Shown in pieces: positions 1 through 8,597 of a stretch of DNA of 64,000 bases. Below the pieces are notes generated by a model that saw nothing but the letters and a program-made list of their open reading frames with translations, was not told the origin of the DNA and did not search any database. Source of the DNA: Hadesarchaea archaeon. GTDB lineage: Archaea > Hadarchaeota > Hadarchaeia > Hadarchaeales > WYZ-LMO6. The stretch spans positions 14,875 to 78,874 of the forward strand of contig JAPDJF010000003.1 of NCBI GenBank assembly GCA_029259185.1, given 5' to 3'. The translations under genes and the position numbers were made by a program. The first letter of the stretch is position 1. Each line of letters opens with the position of its first letter.

Positions 1-1006
1 TGTGTCTCTTAGCTATAGTAGCCCCAAAAGCGACAAGAGGAACGATCGCGACCATTGTAAGAACCCCAAATCTGAAAGAATACAAAGGATCTATCACCCA
101 AGGTTGGGCACACACCATCCCTGCAAGCAGGGCAACAGCCAGCAAATAGACTGATCTATCACGGTGCTTGAGCACCAAGAAAAATGCGATGAACCCAACG
201 AGAATGAACGGGAGAAAAGCTGTTCCGGGGATTCCTACCGCTGTAAGAGTGAAAGGGAAGAGGCTGTCCGGCATCGGTTGACTCTCAGCGATGGCGTTCG
301 TGACGCCGACGATTTTTTCTCTGAGAGGAGCCGAAGTCATTCCGGCCAAGATGAGCAAAACGAGGACTCCTAGGAACTTCAACTCCCGGAATGGGAGTAT
401 TCGATGGTATCCCAATTGAAACATCACATGAGCCACAATCGTTATGAATATGAAACCAGTGGTCAGGAAGTGGCTTACCGTCAAAAGGCCGAAGAGCACA
501 ATTGAGAGAATAAAGTTCTGGTTCAAACGCAAGACCTTGAAATCAACAATTTTTCCTTCTCCTCGGATGAACTTGATGAAGAAGAGGTAAAAGAGAGGCA
601 TCAAAGCCATCGCGGCCATGTTTTTGAGGATTCCTACTTTGACCGACAAAGCACAACTCATGAGAGCATATACGGCAGTCACTATAAGCGAAATCCGATC
701 ATTTTTTGTTAGATAGTGAATCAGGGTAAAAGCCGACAACACCATCAGTGGGAAAAATATAGCTTGGGCGATTTTTGTCCCGAGGGTGAGGTCGTTGGTT
801 AGAACCGAAAACGCGGTGGCCGTGTAAAAAGCTACTGGCTGGTAGGGTTCGGGAAGTGGCTTGCCTTGCAGAAACTCGCGAATCGCGTAGGGGTAATAGG
901 GAGCGTCAACTCCGGAGATCAGAGGATTTGAAAGTACTCCAATCACCGCTCCGAGAAAAGTTATGGAGAAAATGGTGAGCGCGATTAGGAGGGTTTTTCG
1001 TCTCAT
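1..1006 (-). CDS. Polytopic integral membrane protein. Partial: the start codon is at 1006 and the gene runs off the left window edge.
   Basis: Minus-strand frame is open from the ATG at 1004-1006 (MRRKTLLIALTIFSITFLGAVIG...) to position 1. It has many hydrophobic helices. It is absent from the ORF track because the stop lies outside the window. Confidence 0.5.
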   Translation of the reverse strand, partial: MRRKTLLIALTIFSITFLGAVIGVLSNPLISGVDAPYYPYAIREFLQGKPLPEPYQPVAFYTATAFSVLTNDLTLGTKIAQAIFFPLMVLSAFTLIHYLTKNDRISLIVTAVYALMSCALSVKVGILKNMAAMALMPLFYLFFIKFIRGEGKIVDFKVLRLNQNFILSIVLFGLLTVSHFLTTGFIFITIVAHVMFQLGYHRILPFRELKFLGVLVLLILAGMTSAPLREKIVGVTNAIAESQPMPDSLFPFTLTAVGIPGTAFLPFILVGFIAFFLVLKHRDRSVYLLAVALLAGMVCAQPWVIDPLYSFRFGVLTMVAIVPLVAFGATIAKRH

Positions 1007-1121
1007 TTGCCGTCTGAGGAGAAAAAATGCCACCAACCATACAACCACCAGCAAGAACAAAATCAAGAGGCCGCCGGAAACACTTAGTCCAGCATACTTT
1101 CCTTCCAGTCCTTCCACCCTC

Positions 1122-1910
1122 TCACCTCTTCAATTTCCCAGCTCTTTGTCGGCGAAGGGAGATGATAGAGGCCGGAAAGAAGGCCAGCGCGATCATAACG
1201 TCGGTAAGTGCTCCGAGGTTGAATGATCCTCCCCAGAGGAACTGGAACGCGTAGCGGAAACCCGTGTCCATCCCGGGGGGCTGTCCGACATAGAGGAGGA
1301 GGAAAAAGCCCATTATGATAGCCACCAAGATGTTAAGCCGTCGCGGTGGGTACAGCAGGAGGAGGAAGCCGTAAACCATACCCAGAATGGCCGTTTCGTT
1401 GAGACCCAGCGGACCCCACTCCCCGGGCAGGACCTGAAGACCATTCAAGAAGCCGAAAAGGATGCCGATGATGGCGAGCGGATAGAAAATCTTTTCTCTG
1501 TTCAGGTCGAGACCAGCAGTAGGTCGGATTGCTTCACTCGCAAATGTCAAGTAGAACAGCGTGAAAATTAGCCAGATTGGAAACGCCAACAGTGCTACCG
1601 GGACCAGAAACCACGGGAGGATCTCCGCTACATCCATTGTGCCCATTTCGTAGGGTTTGGTGCCAGGAATCACGGTTGAGAGAACGTAGCTGAACATCAG
1701 TACGGCCGCCCAAGCCATTAGAATGCGGTACCACTGAAGCCGGCGGTTTTCCGGCACGAGGAAGTAGGCAGAGCACACGAGGAGAGTGGCAAGCGTGCTG
1801 TCGACTTGGAGACCCGGCCTCCAGCGCGGGTTCTCAGATGAATAGATTAGCCCAGCTACTCCCGCGATCGCGAGAACAGCAATAATGGAGAGCGCCACTA
1901 AAATCTTCAT
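1122..1910 (-). CDS. Integral membrane protein (about 7-8 TM), function unknown.
   Basis: Minus ORF. The likely true start is MKILVALSIIAVLA at 1910. The upstream extension in the ORF track (MGIIMSEDAQ...) is read-through of the IS-derived repeat. Confidence 0.55.
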   Translation of the reverse strand: MKILVALSIIAVLAIAGVAGLIYSSENPRWRPGLQVDSTLATLLVCSAYFLVPENRRLQWYRILMAWAAVLMFSYVLSTVIPGTKPYEMGTMDVAEILPWFLVPVALLAFPIWLIFTLFYLTFASEAIRPTAGLDLNREKIFYPLAIIGILFGFLNGLQVLPGEWGPLGLNETAILGMVYGFLLLLYPPRRLNILVAIIMGFFLLLYVGQPPGMDTGFRYAFQFLWGGSFNLGALTDVMIALAFFPASIISLRRQRAGKLKR

Positions 1911-2132
1911 TTTGACCACCGCGGAAGGTTTAAGGCACTTCCGCGGGGAGAAACGGCTTGGATGTGGTCCGGATACCCGAAAACCCGAATAGTGCTCCGG
2001 ACCGAAGCGGGCGGAGGAGTCGAGCAGGCTCGCTCTAGACTGGCCGCCGTCAACCGGCCCCGTGCGGGTCTGAGCGTCTTCGGACATGATGATCCCCATG
2101 CAAGCCCCTTCCTTTAGGCAGGGGTAGTTGAC
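1911..2132 (+). mobile_element. MITE-like non-autonomous derivative of an IS200/605 (TnpB-type) element. Its left end is shared with the element at 44800. Its right end (...gtcttcggacatgatgatc...gggtagttgac) is shared with the element at 46852-47777.
   Basis: Direct sequence identity of the terminal blocks among the three copies. It is inserted immediately 3' of TTCAT (1906-1910), which is the complement of the ATG-AA start of the adjacent gene. A perfect 9-bp subterminal hairpin (ccgcggaag...cttccgcgg) is present. Confidence 0.55.
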
Positions 2133-2329
2133 TCAGCCACTCTACTCCGAGACGCGATTTAGTCTTTTGCGTGTGGACATCGTTCAAATAAAAGCCTCCT
2201 CCCAAGCTTTTAGCTCTCCTTCTTCGCCTGATCACGAACTTCGTCCGTCATGGCAGACGGGAGACGCCAGCGCACCAAGCATGGGTCTGGCCGGAGCTTG
2301 GATGAAATAGCTGGATGGATAATCGCGCT

Positions 2330-2425
2330 CGCGCGCGCTCGGTGAGTGTCTACGCTGTGGCTCCAAAACGCCATCCAGACCCGGTGATGGATATCTCTCT
2401 CTAGGGCGAAAAAAAGTAATTCGAA
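2330..2425 (+). repeat. Repeat E, copy 1 (about 95 bp; about 80% identical to the copy at 3408-3505).
   Basis: Shared string cgctcg(c)tcggtgagtgt.ca.gctgtg.ctccaaaacgcc...gtgat.g.tat...aaaaaaagt seen in both copies. Confidence 0.4.
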
Positions 2426-3033
2426 GCCCTAAGCCGGTTAGCGACGCGGAGGTGCACAGCTTTGTGGAGCTGGAGCAGACGCTTGATGCTTCCACGTTGA
2501 GTTCAGCAGGGAGTCACGAGTTTTCGAAGAAAACCAGAAATGTGAAAAATATGTAAGTGGGCGGGGTGGTTTTTGAGAGGGCCAGAACGGTTCGAATTTA
2601 CGCTTGTGGACATCGAGATGCTCGTGACCCGCTCCGGTGGGGATCGAGTCCGGTGGATGAACTCAATGCAGAGCGCAATCCCTTTCCGAAAGGGAGGTAG
2701 TGAGGCGAAAATATTTATGGAGAAACAACAAACCAATGGCCGGTTAGGTTCCGAAGGAGATCAACACGCCTCTTTCGTATGGGGCGTGGGCTTCGGAGAA
2801 CGCCACCCAGCAGGCGTCAAACGCGCTGGGCGGTCAACTCTCCGAAATAGAAGTGCATCGGGCGAAAGCCGCAAAGCTGGTCGGAACCTGACTGAGGCGG
2901 CTCGGTATATCCGAACCGCCGGGGGCGCTACCGTGAGCACCCACGGTGGAGTGACCGCGCCCGAAAGTCCCGCCGGCAATGGCGTGCAAAGGACAACCGG
3001 AAGCCCCGTCCGAAAGGGCGGTCACTTCCGTAT

Positions 3034-3130
3034 GGGCCCGTGGTCTAGTGGTCATGAGGGGAGAACGGATCCCCTGACAAACGTCGCCTTGACGAGGCGA
3101 AGATCCTGGGTTCGAATCCCAGCGGGCCCA
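3034..3130 (+). tRNA. tRNA-Val(GAC) with a 24-nt intron at a non-canonical position (D-stem 3' side, between tRNA nt 24 and 25; genomic 3058-3081).
   Basis: Acceptor GGGCCCG/CGGGCCC with discriminator A. D-loop AGTGGTCA. T-arm CTGGG-TTCGAAT-CCCAG. Anticodon arm TCGCC-TTGACGA-GGCGA gives anticodon GAC with U33 and purine 37. Removing 3058-3081 restores a canonical ...GUCAUGACG... D-stem/position 26. The intron folds as an hBHBh'-like motif: a 4-bp helix GUCA/UGAC flanked by 3-nt bulges UGA and AAA, with an internal hairpin GGGGA-GAACGGA-UCCCC. Confidence 0.7.
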
Positions 3131-3407
3131 CCTTCTTTTGGATCGACTGAAGAGATGGTCGAGCGGAAGCAGACCTACGCCGAGCGCCTGCTGGGGGATG
3201 CGGAGGACAGAGGGTGTGTCGGAAGCTACACCGAGTCGGCGCTCAAGACGATCAAATGTAATATTGAAACGAGAAAGCATTTTTGAAGACTTCAAATTTA
3301 TGCACATAAAAATCGACTACAAAGGTCCTCTTCGGGACTTTTGACCTCTACCGTTGAGTGATATCTGAAGGCTGGTCTCGAGGAGGGTTCGAAGTGGGGC
3401 CGAAGCG

Positions 3408-3505
3408 TCCACGCTCGCTCGGTGAGTGTTCATGCTGTGACTCCAAAACGCCCACCAGACCAAGTGATTGGTATTTTCCCCAGTCAAAAAAAAGTCGTGT
3501 CCGAG
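3408..3505 (+). repeat. Repeat E, copy 2 (direct repeat of 2330-2425).
   Basis: See copy 1. The two copies bracket tRNA-Val and a GC-rich segment without ORFs. Confidence 0.4.
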
Positions 3506-3670
3506 ATTTCAAACGGCTGATAACGTAAAGATCGCATTTCGCGGGGGTTGGTAGGAACACTCGATGCTTATGCATCAGGTCGTAAGAAAGAGAGGTCACA
3601 AATTCCGAACAAAACCCTCGGTAGAAAAGCTGAAAAACTTGGCCAGTTGAATTCTCCGGCCATTGTTTGT

Positions 3671-4414
3671 TCAAACACACATCTCTCTGTACTCGCAGCG
3701 CTCGCATCTACCTCTGTTAGTCGTCGGCTCTGCTTCTCTCTCCCCACGCCAATACTGGAGGGCCCAATCCAGCTCCGCTCTTGCACGTTCCCAATCTGGA
3801 TCCCAAAGAAAAACGTTTTCCTTGCTCGTTTCTCCAACAATTAGCTTTGATATCTTTCTGAAATCCGGAACCAAGTCCGGAGGGATGAGGACGATAGCGT
3901 ACCTCAAGGCAGAGGTATCTAACCCCAACTTTTTGAGGATGAGACAATAGACCCTAGCCTGAACGTGGTGGTAGTGTGTGGGAGTTTTTGTCCCTGTGAA
4001 CTTGTACTCTACTACCCTCAGAGGTTTTCCTTCTTCGAAGACCACAGCGTCGGGTTTTCCGGTTACGAACACGTTTCGGAACTTCGAAAGGAGAAAAACT
4101 TCAGATGCCCAGGTCGGTTTCCCGAGCAAGGCGGAGCGAAGAATTTTTTCCGGAGGTTCGTAAGCCGCCCTTTCCACCAAACCTACGTGTCTGGTCGCAC
4201 CGTCCATCATTTCTTTCGTCCTGATCCTCCCGATGGTGTACCGGAGTTCAACCTTTCGTTCGCAGTAGAATTGGGAAGCGATGTCTGAAACGGTTACCGA
4301 GGGCAACCCGAATCTCAATGTACCTCCCCTTCGACGGAGATCGGAGAGTTCGGTAAGCATTCGCAAATAACGGGTCACGGGATCTTGCTCTTCAGTTCCC
4401 TCGTGAGAAGACAT
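3671..4414 (-). CDS. Cas4-like PD-(D/E)xK nuclease (DUF83/RecB-family fold with Fe-S cysteines), stand-alone.
   Basis: Four Cys residues are arranged as in Cas4: an N-terminal C (QFYCERK) and a C-terminal CERCEYREMC. Motif II/III is D..VVFEEGK...VVEYKFTG (EYK). A Q-h-x-x-Y motif (HHVQARVYC) is present. No cas1/cas2 or CRISPR array lies nearby. Confidence 0.6.
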   Translation of the reverse strand: MSSHEGTEEQDPVTRYLRMLTELSDLRRRGGTLRFGLPSVTVSDIASQFYCERKVELRYTIGRIRTKEMMDGATRHVGLVERAAYEPPEKILRSALLGKPTWASEVFLLSKFRNVFVTGKPDAVVFEEGKPLRVVEYKFTGTKTPTHYHHVQARVYCLILKKLGLDTSALRYAIVLIPPDLVPDFRKISKLIVGETSKENVFLWDPDWERARAELDWALQYWRGEREAEPTTNRGRCERCEYREMCV

Positions 4415-4731
4415 GCACTCTATTAATCCTCTCTCTTAATGAAAAAAGAATTTCGTGGAGGAACGACGAACTGGGAGTTGCTGGTCGGTCGTCCACACCG
4501 AGCGACTTCCTTCGGTTGCGGGTCGGATTCCTAATCCGTAACTAGAAGGCATTTCTACGATTTCAGATAGATTGAAACAGAGCTTGGAGGAAATGATCTC
4601 GAGTAGAAGATGGGGGAATTGGAATCCCAGAAAAAGATAAAAGAAAAATCCTATGGAAGGAAAAAAATCTCAAGTGGTCAGAGTTCGGTCCAGTCTCTGG
4701 GTGGGTTTGGGGATGTTAATAAACAGTCTGG

Positions 4732-5301
4732 GTGGCGAGAACAATGTCAGAAGCTCGGGATCGTCCTGAAGTCGTCGTCCTCCGGATAGGACATCGCCCG
4801 TTTCGGGATAAGCGAGTGACGACCCATGTAGGATTGACGGCCAGAGCCTTTGGTGCCAGTGGTATCGTAATAGCGGATTTCAAAGATAAGGCGGTGGAGA
4901 GAAGCATCGAAAAAATTGTCAGAGTGTGGGGAGGAGACTTCTGGGTCAGGAGCGGAGATTCTTGGAGAGAGGTCGTGGAGGAGTGGAAAAAGAGGGGAAA
5001 AACGGTGGTTCACCTCACCATGTACGGAAAATCCTTACAGGGGGCTCTATCTGAGCTCAGGGGGAAGGATTTGATGGTGGTGGTGGGATCCGAGAAGGTA
5101 CCAAGAGAGGTTTATGAGGTTGCAGACTTCAACGTAGCGATTGGGAATCAACCTCACTCTGAAGTTGCGGCCCTTGCCGTATTTTTGGACAGACTCTTTG
5201 AGGGGAAGGAGCTTCATATGGAGTTCAAGGGGGGAAAAATGAGAGTCATACCAAGTGAGAGGGGGAAAAGAGTGGAGAAGATCAGGATTGGGGGAGCCTA
5301 G
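4732..5301 (+). CDS. tRNA (cytidine56-2'-O)-methyltransferase aTrm56 (SPOUT).
   Basis: About 180 aa with [28 protein letters not shown], which matches the archaeal Trm56 family signature. Confidence 0.65.
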   Translation: MARTMSEARDRPEVVVLRIGHRPFRDKRVTTHVGLTARAFGASGIVIADFKDKAVERSIEKIVRVWGGDFWVRSGDSWREVVEEWKKRGKTVVHLTMYGKSLQGALSELRGKDLMVVVGSEKVPREVYEVADFNVAIGNQPHSEVAALAVFLDRLFEGKELHMEFKGGKMRVIPSERGKRVEKIRIGGA

Positions 5302-6301
5302 TGAGCTCAGTTTTCAGTTCGCTTATCTCCTCCACAGGGGTAGGGTCGACCCCACGTAGGATCGCGAGGTAAAAGGACACGAAATCCCCGAAGTACACGA
5401 GCGACAGTATACGGGAAAGTCTTCCCTTCCCTTCTCCTCTAAGCTCTATCGCTTTCTTTTCACCCACCAACTTCCTAGTGAACTCTATCCTTACTTTCAT
5501 TTTCTCACTCTCCTCTACATCCCTGAAAAATACGAAGGAGACATTCTTAGGAGCAGCTCCCAACCCCACTATCTCGTTGTGGCACAACTCTGGAAAGAAC
5601 TCCACTTTGGCTTGTATCTTGCTGTTCTCGTTGAGCTGGGTTTTGAATCTTTTCGCAGCTCCGTAAAGAGGAGGGGGGGCGTAGATGAAAGGTATCGTGT
5701 CCTTTATTTTTTTCGCCACCACCACCGCTCGATTATTTTCGATCTCCGGGTCCATCTTCTCCCGCAATTCTCTCAGGGTTTTGATGCTCTCCCGTATCTC
5801 TTCATCCCTTCTCGAAACGATACCGCATTCCTTCATGATGACTACGGTCGAGAAAAATAGGTAAGGTAAAGCCACTCTGGGAGGAAGACCGGGAGGGATC
5901 TTTATGAGGGGTTTACCAAACTTGTTACATTCTTCCTCCAGCTTTCCCCCCGAGGTTATTCCTATCAAAGCAGCATCTCTCCTCATCGCATCCGAGAAGC
6001 AGCTCAGCGTTTCTTCCGTGTTGCCTGAATAACTGGTAGCGACCACGAGTGTCTCCCCATCGACCCAATTCGGTAGAAGGTATCCCTTGCACGTCTCCAT
6101 CGGTATCGATGGATCGAGCCAGTCCCGGATGAGATCTCCCGCTATTCCGGATCCGCCCATTCCCGCTAGTACAACCCGGGAGATCTTCTGCTTGGGGGGT
6201 TCCACCCTGAAAGAAAGTGCCTCCTCACACATCTCGGGAAATCGCATCAACTTTTCTATCATCCCCCACCTGTCGATTTCCTTGATGTGGCCCCTTTTCA
6301 T
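5282..6301 (-). CDS. Bifunctional phosphoglucose/phosphomannose isomerase (archaeal SIS-domain PGI/PMI).
   Basis: SIS-domain motifs ([24 protein letters not shown]) and a length of 339 aa. Confidence 0.65.
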   Translation of the reverse strand: MKRGHIKEIDRWGMIEKLMRFPEMCEEALSFRVEPPKQKISRVVLAGMGGSGIAGDLIRDWLDPSIPMETCKGYLLPNWVDGETLVVATSYSGNTEETLSCFSDAMRRDAALIGITSGGKLEEECNKFGKPLIKIPPGLPPRVALPYLFFSTVVIMKECGIVSRRDEEIRESIKTLRELREKMDPEIENNRAVVVAKKIKDTIPFIYAPPPLYGAAKRFKTQLNENSKIQAKVEFFPELCHNEIVGLGAAPKNVSFVFFRDVEESEKMKVRIEFTRKLVGEKKAIELRGEGKGRLSRILSLVYFGDFVSFYLAILRGVDPTPVEEISELKTELTRLPQS

Positions 6302-6302
6302 C

Positions 6303-7271
6303 TCATCTCCATCCCCCTTTTACATTGAAAGCTCTGATGGTTCCATATAAACCGACATCTACGCCCAAGGGTGTGAGGATTATCGTTGGGGTCTTGTTGT
6401 AGGCGTGGGCTCTCACCCACTTCCGGATGAAGGGTAGGATCAACTTTGAATTTCTTAGCGCAATGCTCCCTCCTACGGTCATCAATGATGGGTCGAAGAT
6501 CTCTACCAGATCGGTAAACCCTATTCCGTTGAATTTCCCCAGCTCCCTTACCAGTTCGAGTGAGAGCCTATCCCCCCGTCTAGCACATTCGAAGAGAAGT
6601 TTGGCATCAAGTTTGGAGAGATTTTTGCCACCGAGCTCGAACAGCTTGCTTTTCGTTTCCCTACCCTCTCTGATCCTCCACTTCACGAACTTCGGTATCC
6701 CAGCTCCCGAACAGTACGCCTCCCAGTGTCCCTTTTTCCCACATCCACACCTCAGCGATCCGGTAGGGTCTACGGTGAGATGTCCTATCTCGACAGCGTT
6801 TCCATCTTTCCCTTCAAGTAGGTGCCCGTCGACATACGCTCCCCCACCTATCCCCGTTCCCATCCCCACATAAACTAGATCCTCTACTCTTCTTCCAGCC
6901 CCGAACTCCCGTTCTCCAATCGCAGCAACCGTGCAGTCGTTCATCAGTAAAACAGGGATCCCGAACTCTTCCTCCAAGGGTTTGACGATCGGAATCCGCT
7001 CGAATGGAAAATTAGGTGGATCCCTAAGCTCTCCTCTGTTGAGATCTAGGGGCCCCGCTGAAGCTACGCATATCCCATCCAACTTCTGATGTCTGATACC
7101 AGATCTTTCACATAAGCGAGCAATGATTGAAATTATCTGGTTCGATGGGTCCTTGGGACTGTTCTTTTGTGTTCTTTCGTCGATCCTTTCTAAAAATTTT
7201 TTTCCGTCCGAAAGGGCAGCTCTTAACCTCGTAGCTCCAAGATCTACCCCAACCACGAGCATCGCCACCAC
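6303..7271 (-). CDS. ROK-family sugar kinase (glucokinase-like).
   Basis: N-terminal VGVDLGATRLR. ROK zinc motif GHLTVDP...CGCGKKGHWEAY. Confidence 0.7.
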   Translation of the reverse strand: MVAMLVVGVDLGATRLRAALSDGKKFLERIDERTQKNSPKDPSNQIISIIARLCERSGIRHQKLDGICVASAGPLDLNRGELRDPPNFPFERIPIVKPLEEEFGIPVLLMNDCTVAAIGEREFGAGRRVEDLVYVGMGTGIGGGAYVDGHLLEGKDGNAVEIGHLTVDPTGSLRCGCGKKGHWEAYCSGAGIPKFVKWRIREGRETKSKLFELGGKNLSKLDAKLLFECARRGDRLSLELVRELGKFNGIGFTDLVEIFDPSLMTVGGSIALRNSKLILPFIRKWVRAHAYNKTPTIILTPLGVDVGLYGTIRAFNVKGGWR

Positions 7272-7432
7272 CCGCTGGCACCCTACCCTATGCTGGGTTT
7301 TCCCCTTTATAAACGATCCCGACCAAAGGGGGGAACGGATTCCATTCCGTTAGCGATGGTCAATGATAACATCATTTTGTGGTGTTTACTCTTGGGTGTC
7401 TCTGGAAAGTTTAGTCGTCTGATCGGGTTTGT

Positions 7433-8143
7433 CTACAAGAAGCTATCCAGCCCCTTGGGCCTCGGTATCCCAGTCACGTATATTCCCTTTCTCGCGGGAA
7501 GGGAGACATTTACTACAAGGGTTCTCCCCATCATCACCTCGAGTTCGGAGGCTCTGTGTGCGTGGGCGTGAATCCAGAGATCCGGTTGTCTTCGCATGAT
7601 GACCTCCTCCAGTTTTCTGTTCCCTATTTCTGGCCATGCCTTCGGATTCTCCCCTTTGATGGTCGTATAGGTTGGAGCGTAGTGGGTCAACACGAGTTTA
7701 ACATCCGAGTTCAGCTTCTTCAACGATTCATCAATGATTTTTACCCTTTTCCGATACAGCTCTCGGATTCCCCGAATGTGGGTCCTTTGCCAAAAAGTTG
7801 GGCGGGCAAGGGATCCTTGGGAGCCAACGATACCGATTCTGAGTCCTTCTACCTCCAAGGTGAGAGAATCATCATCGATCCAACAGATTTCCTTGAACTC
7901 CATGTACTTTTCTCGGTCTTGAAGATATTCCTCGTTTCCAAAACATGCGAGGATTTTTCCTCCGTAGACTTCCCTCACGGCACTGAAAACAGTCTGCAGT
8001 TGAGCACGGTCGTTTTTAAGAACAATGTCTCCCGCGAACAGGAAGAGATCCACCTCGCCTACTCCCTTTAGAGCCTCCACAAACATCTCAAGGTACTTAG
8101 GTGAGTGAACATCCCCCACGGCTGCTATTCTTATCGTCTTCAA
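7433..8143 (-). CDS. Metallophosphoesterase (calcineurin-like phosphoesterase).
   Basis: Motifs AVGDVHS, AGDIV, GNEE and THYAP are typical of the MPP superfamily. Confidence 0.65.
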   Translation of the reverse strand: MKTIRIAAVGDVHSPKYLEMFVEALKGVGEVDLFLFAGDIVLKNDRAQLQTVFSAVREVYGGKILACFGNEEYLQDREKYMEFKEICWIDDDSLTLEVEGLRIGIVGSQGSLARPTFWQRTHIRGIRELYRKRVKIIDESLKKLNSDVKLVLTHYAPTYTTIKGENPKAWPEIGNRKLEEVIMRRQPDLWIHAHAHRASELEVMMGRTLVVNVSLPARKGIYVTGIPRPKGLDSFL

Positions 8144-8224
8144 GTTTCTCCAGAGACGGTCTCATTTATCGTTTTAAAAAATTAAAGACTGCGCGGTCGA
8201 ACTCAAGCAGCTGGTTGGGATCCA

Positions 8225-8485
8225 TCACTCCAAGTGGGTATCAAAAGCCGTTAGGGTAACCGTCTTGCGAACGTGTGGGAGTTTCCTTATCTCGATAATT
8301 GCTTTGTCTATATCCCCATAATTCCCCTCAAGAACGCATACCACATCATACTCCCCGTGAACGAAGTCCGCCTGGCTCACGTTCGGCATCTTCTGGATCT
8401 TGGGTATCACTGCTACTTCGTGCCCGGGCTCAACTTCCATCAGCACATAGGCCCGCTTTTTGAATGCTGCTAGCCCTTCTGCCAC
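8225..8485 (-). CDS. Stand-alone Lrp/AsnC C-terminal (RAM) domain protein.
   Basis: 86 aa. Resembles the ligand-binding domain of Lrp (VLMEVEPGHEVAV...VVCVLEG). Confidence 0.45.
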   Translation of the reverse strand: MAEGLAAFKKRAYVLMEVEPGHEVAVIPKIQKMPNVSQADFVHGEYDVVCVLEGNYGDIDKAIIEIRKLPHVRKTVTLTAFDTHLE

Positions 8486-8597
8486 TTTGTCACCACCCTA
8501 ACTCACCCACGGGGTTTTTAAACCCTATCGGTTTGGTTTGGCGTGTAATTAGAACGGACCCTCAATGTTTTTTTAACTTCCCGACCTTCTTTTCTTA

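Noticed and set aside
1122-2099. The ORF-track protein begins MGIIMSEDAQTRTGPVDGGQ... and 46848-47732 begins MIIMSEDTQTRIGPVDG..., so they look like paralogous proteins.
   Set aside because: The shared N-terminus is the reverse-strand translation of the conserved IS right-end block (gtcttcggacatgatgatc). The real gene at 1122 starts at MKILVALS (1910), and 46848-47732 is antisense to the tnpB remnant.
2430-3030. Calling the GC-rich ORF-less segment RNase P RNA or SRP (7S) RNA.
   Set aside because: Strings such as GAAAGTCCCGCC and CCGGAAGCC resemble universally conserved blocks only loosely. Their spacing does not fit P4 or helix-8 architecture, so this is left as a finding rather than a feature.
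2573-3286. 237-aa ORF (+) spanning the GC-rich region and the tRNA-Val gene.
   Set aside because: It runs straight through a tRNA gene, its composition is Arg/Gly/Pro-rich junk typical of GC-rich non-coding DNA, and no motifs were seen.
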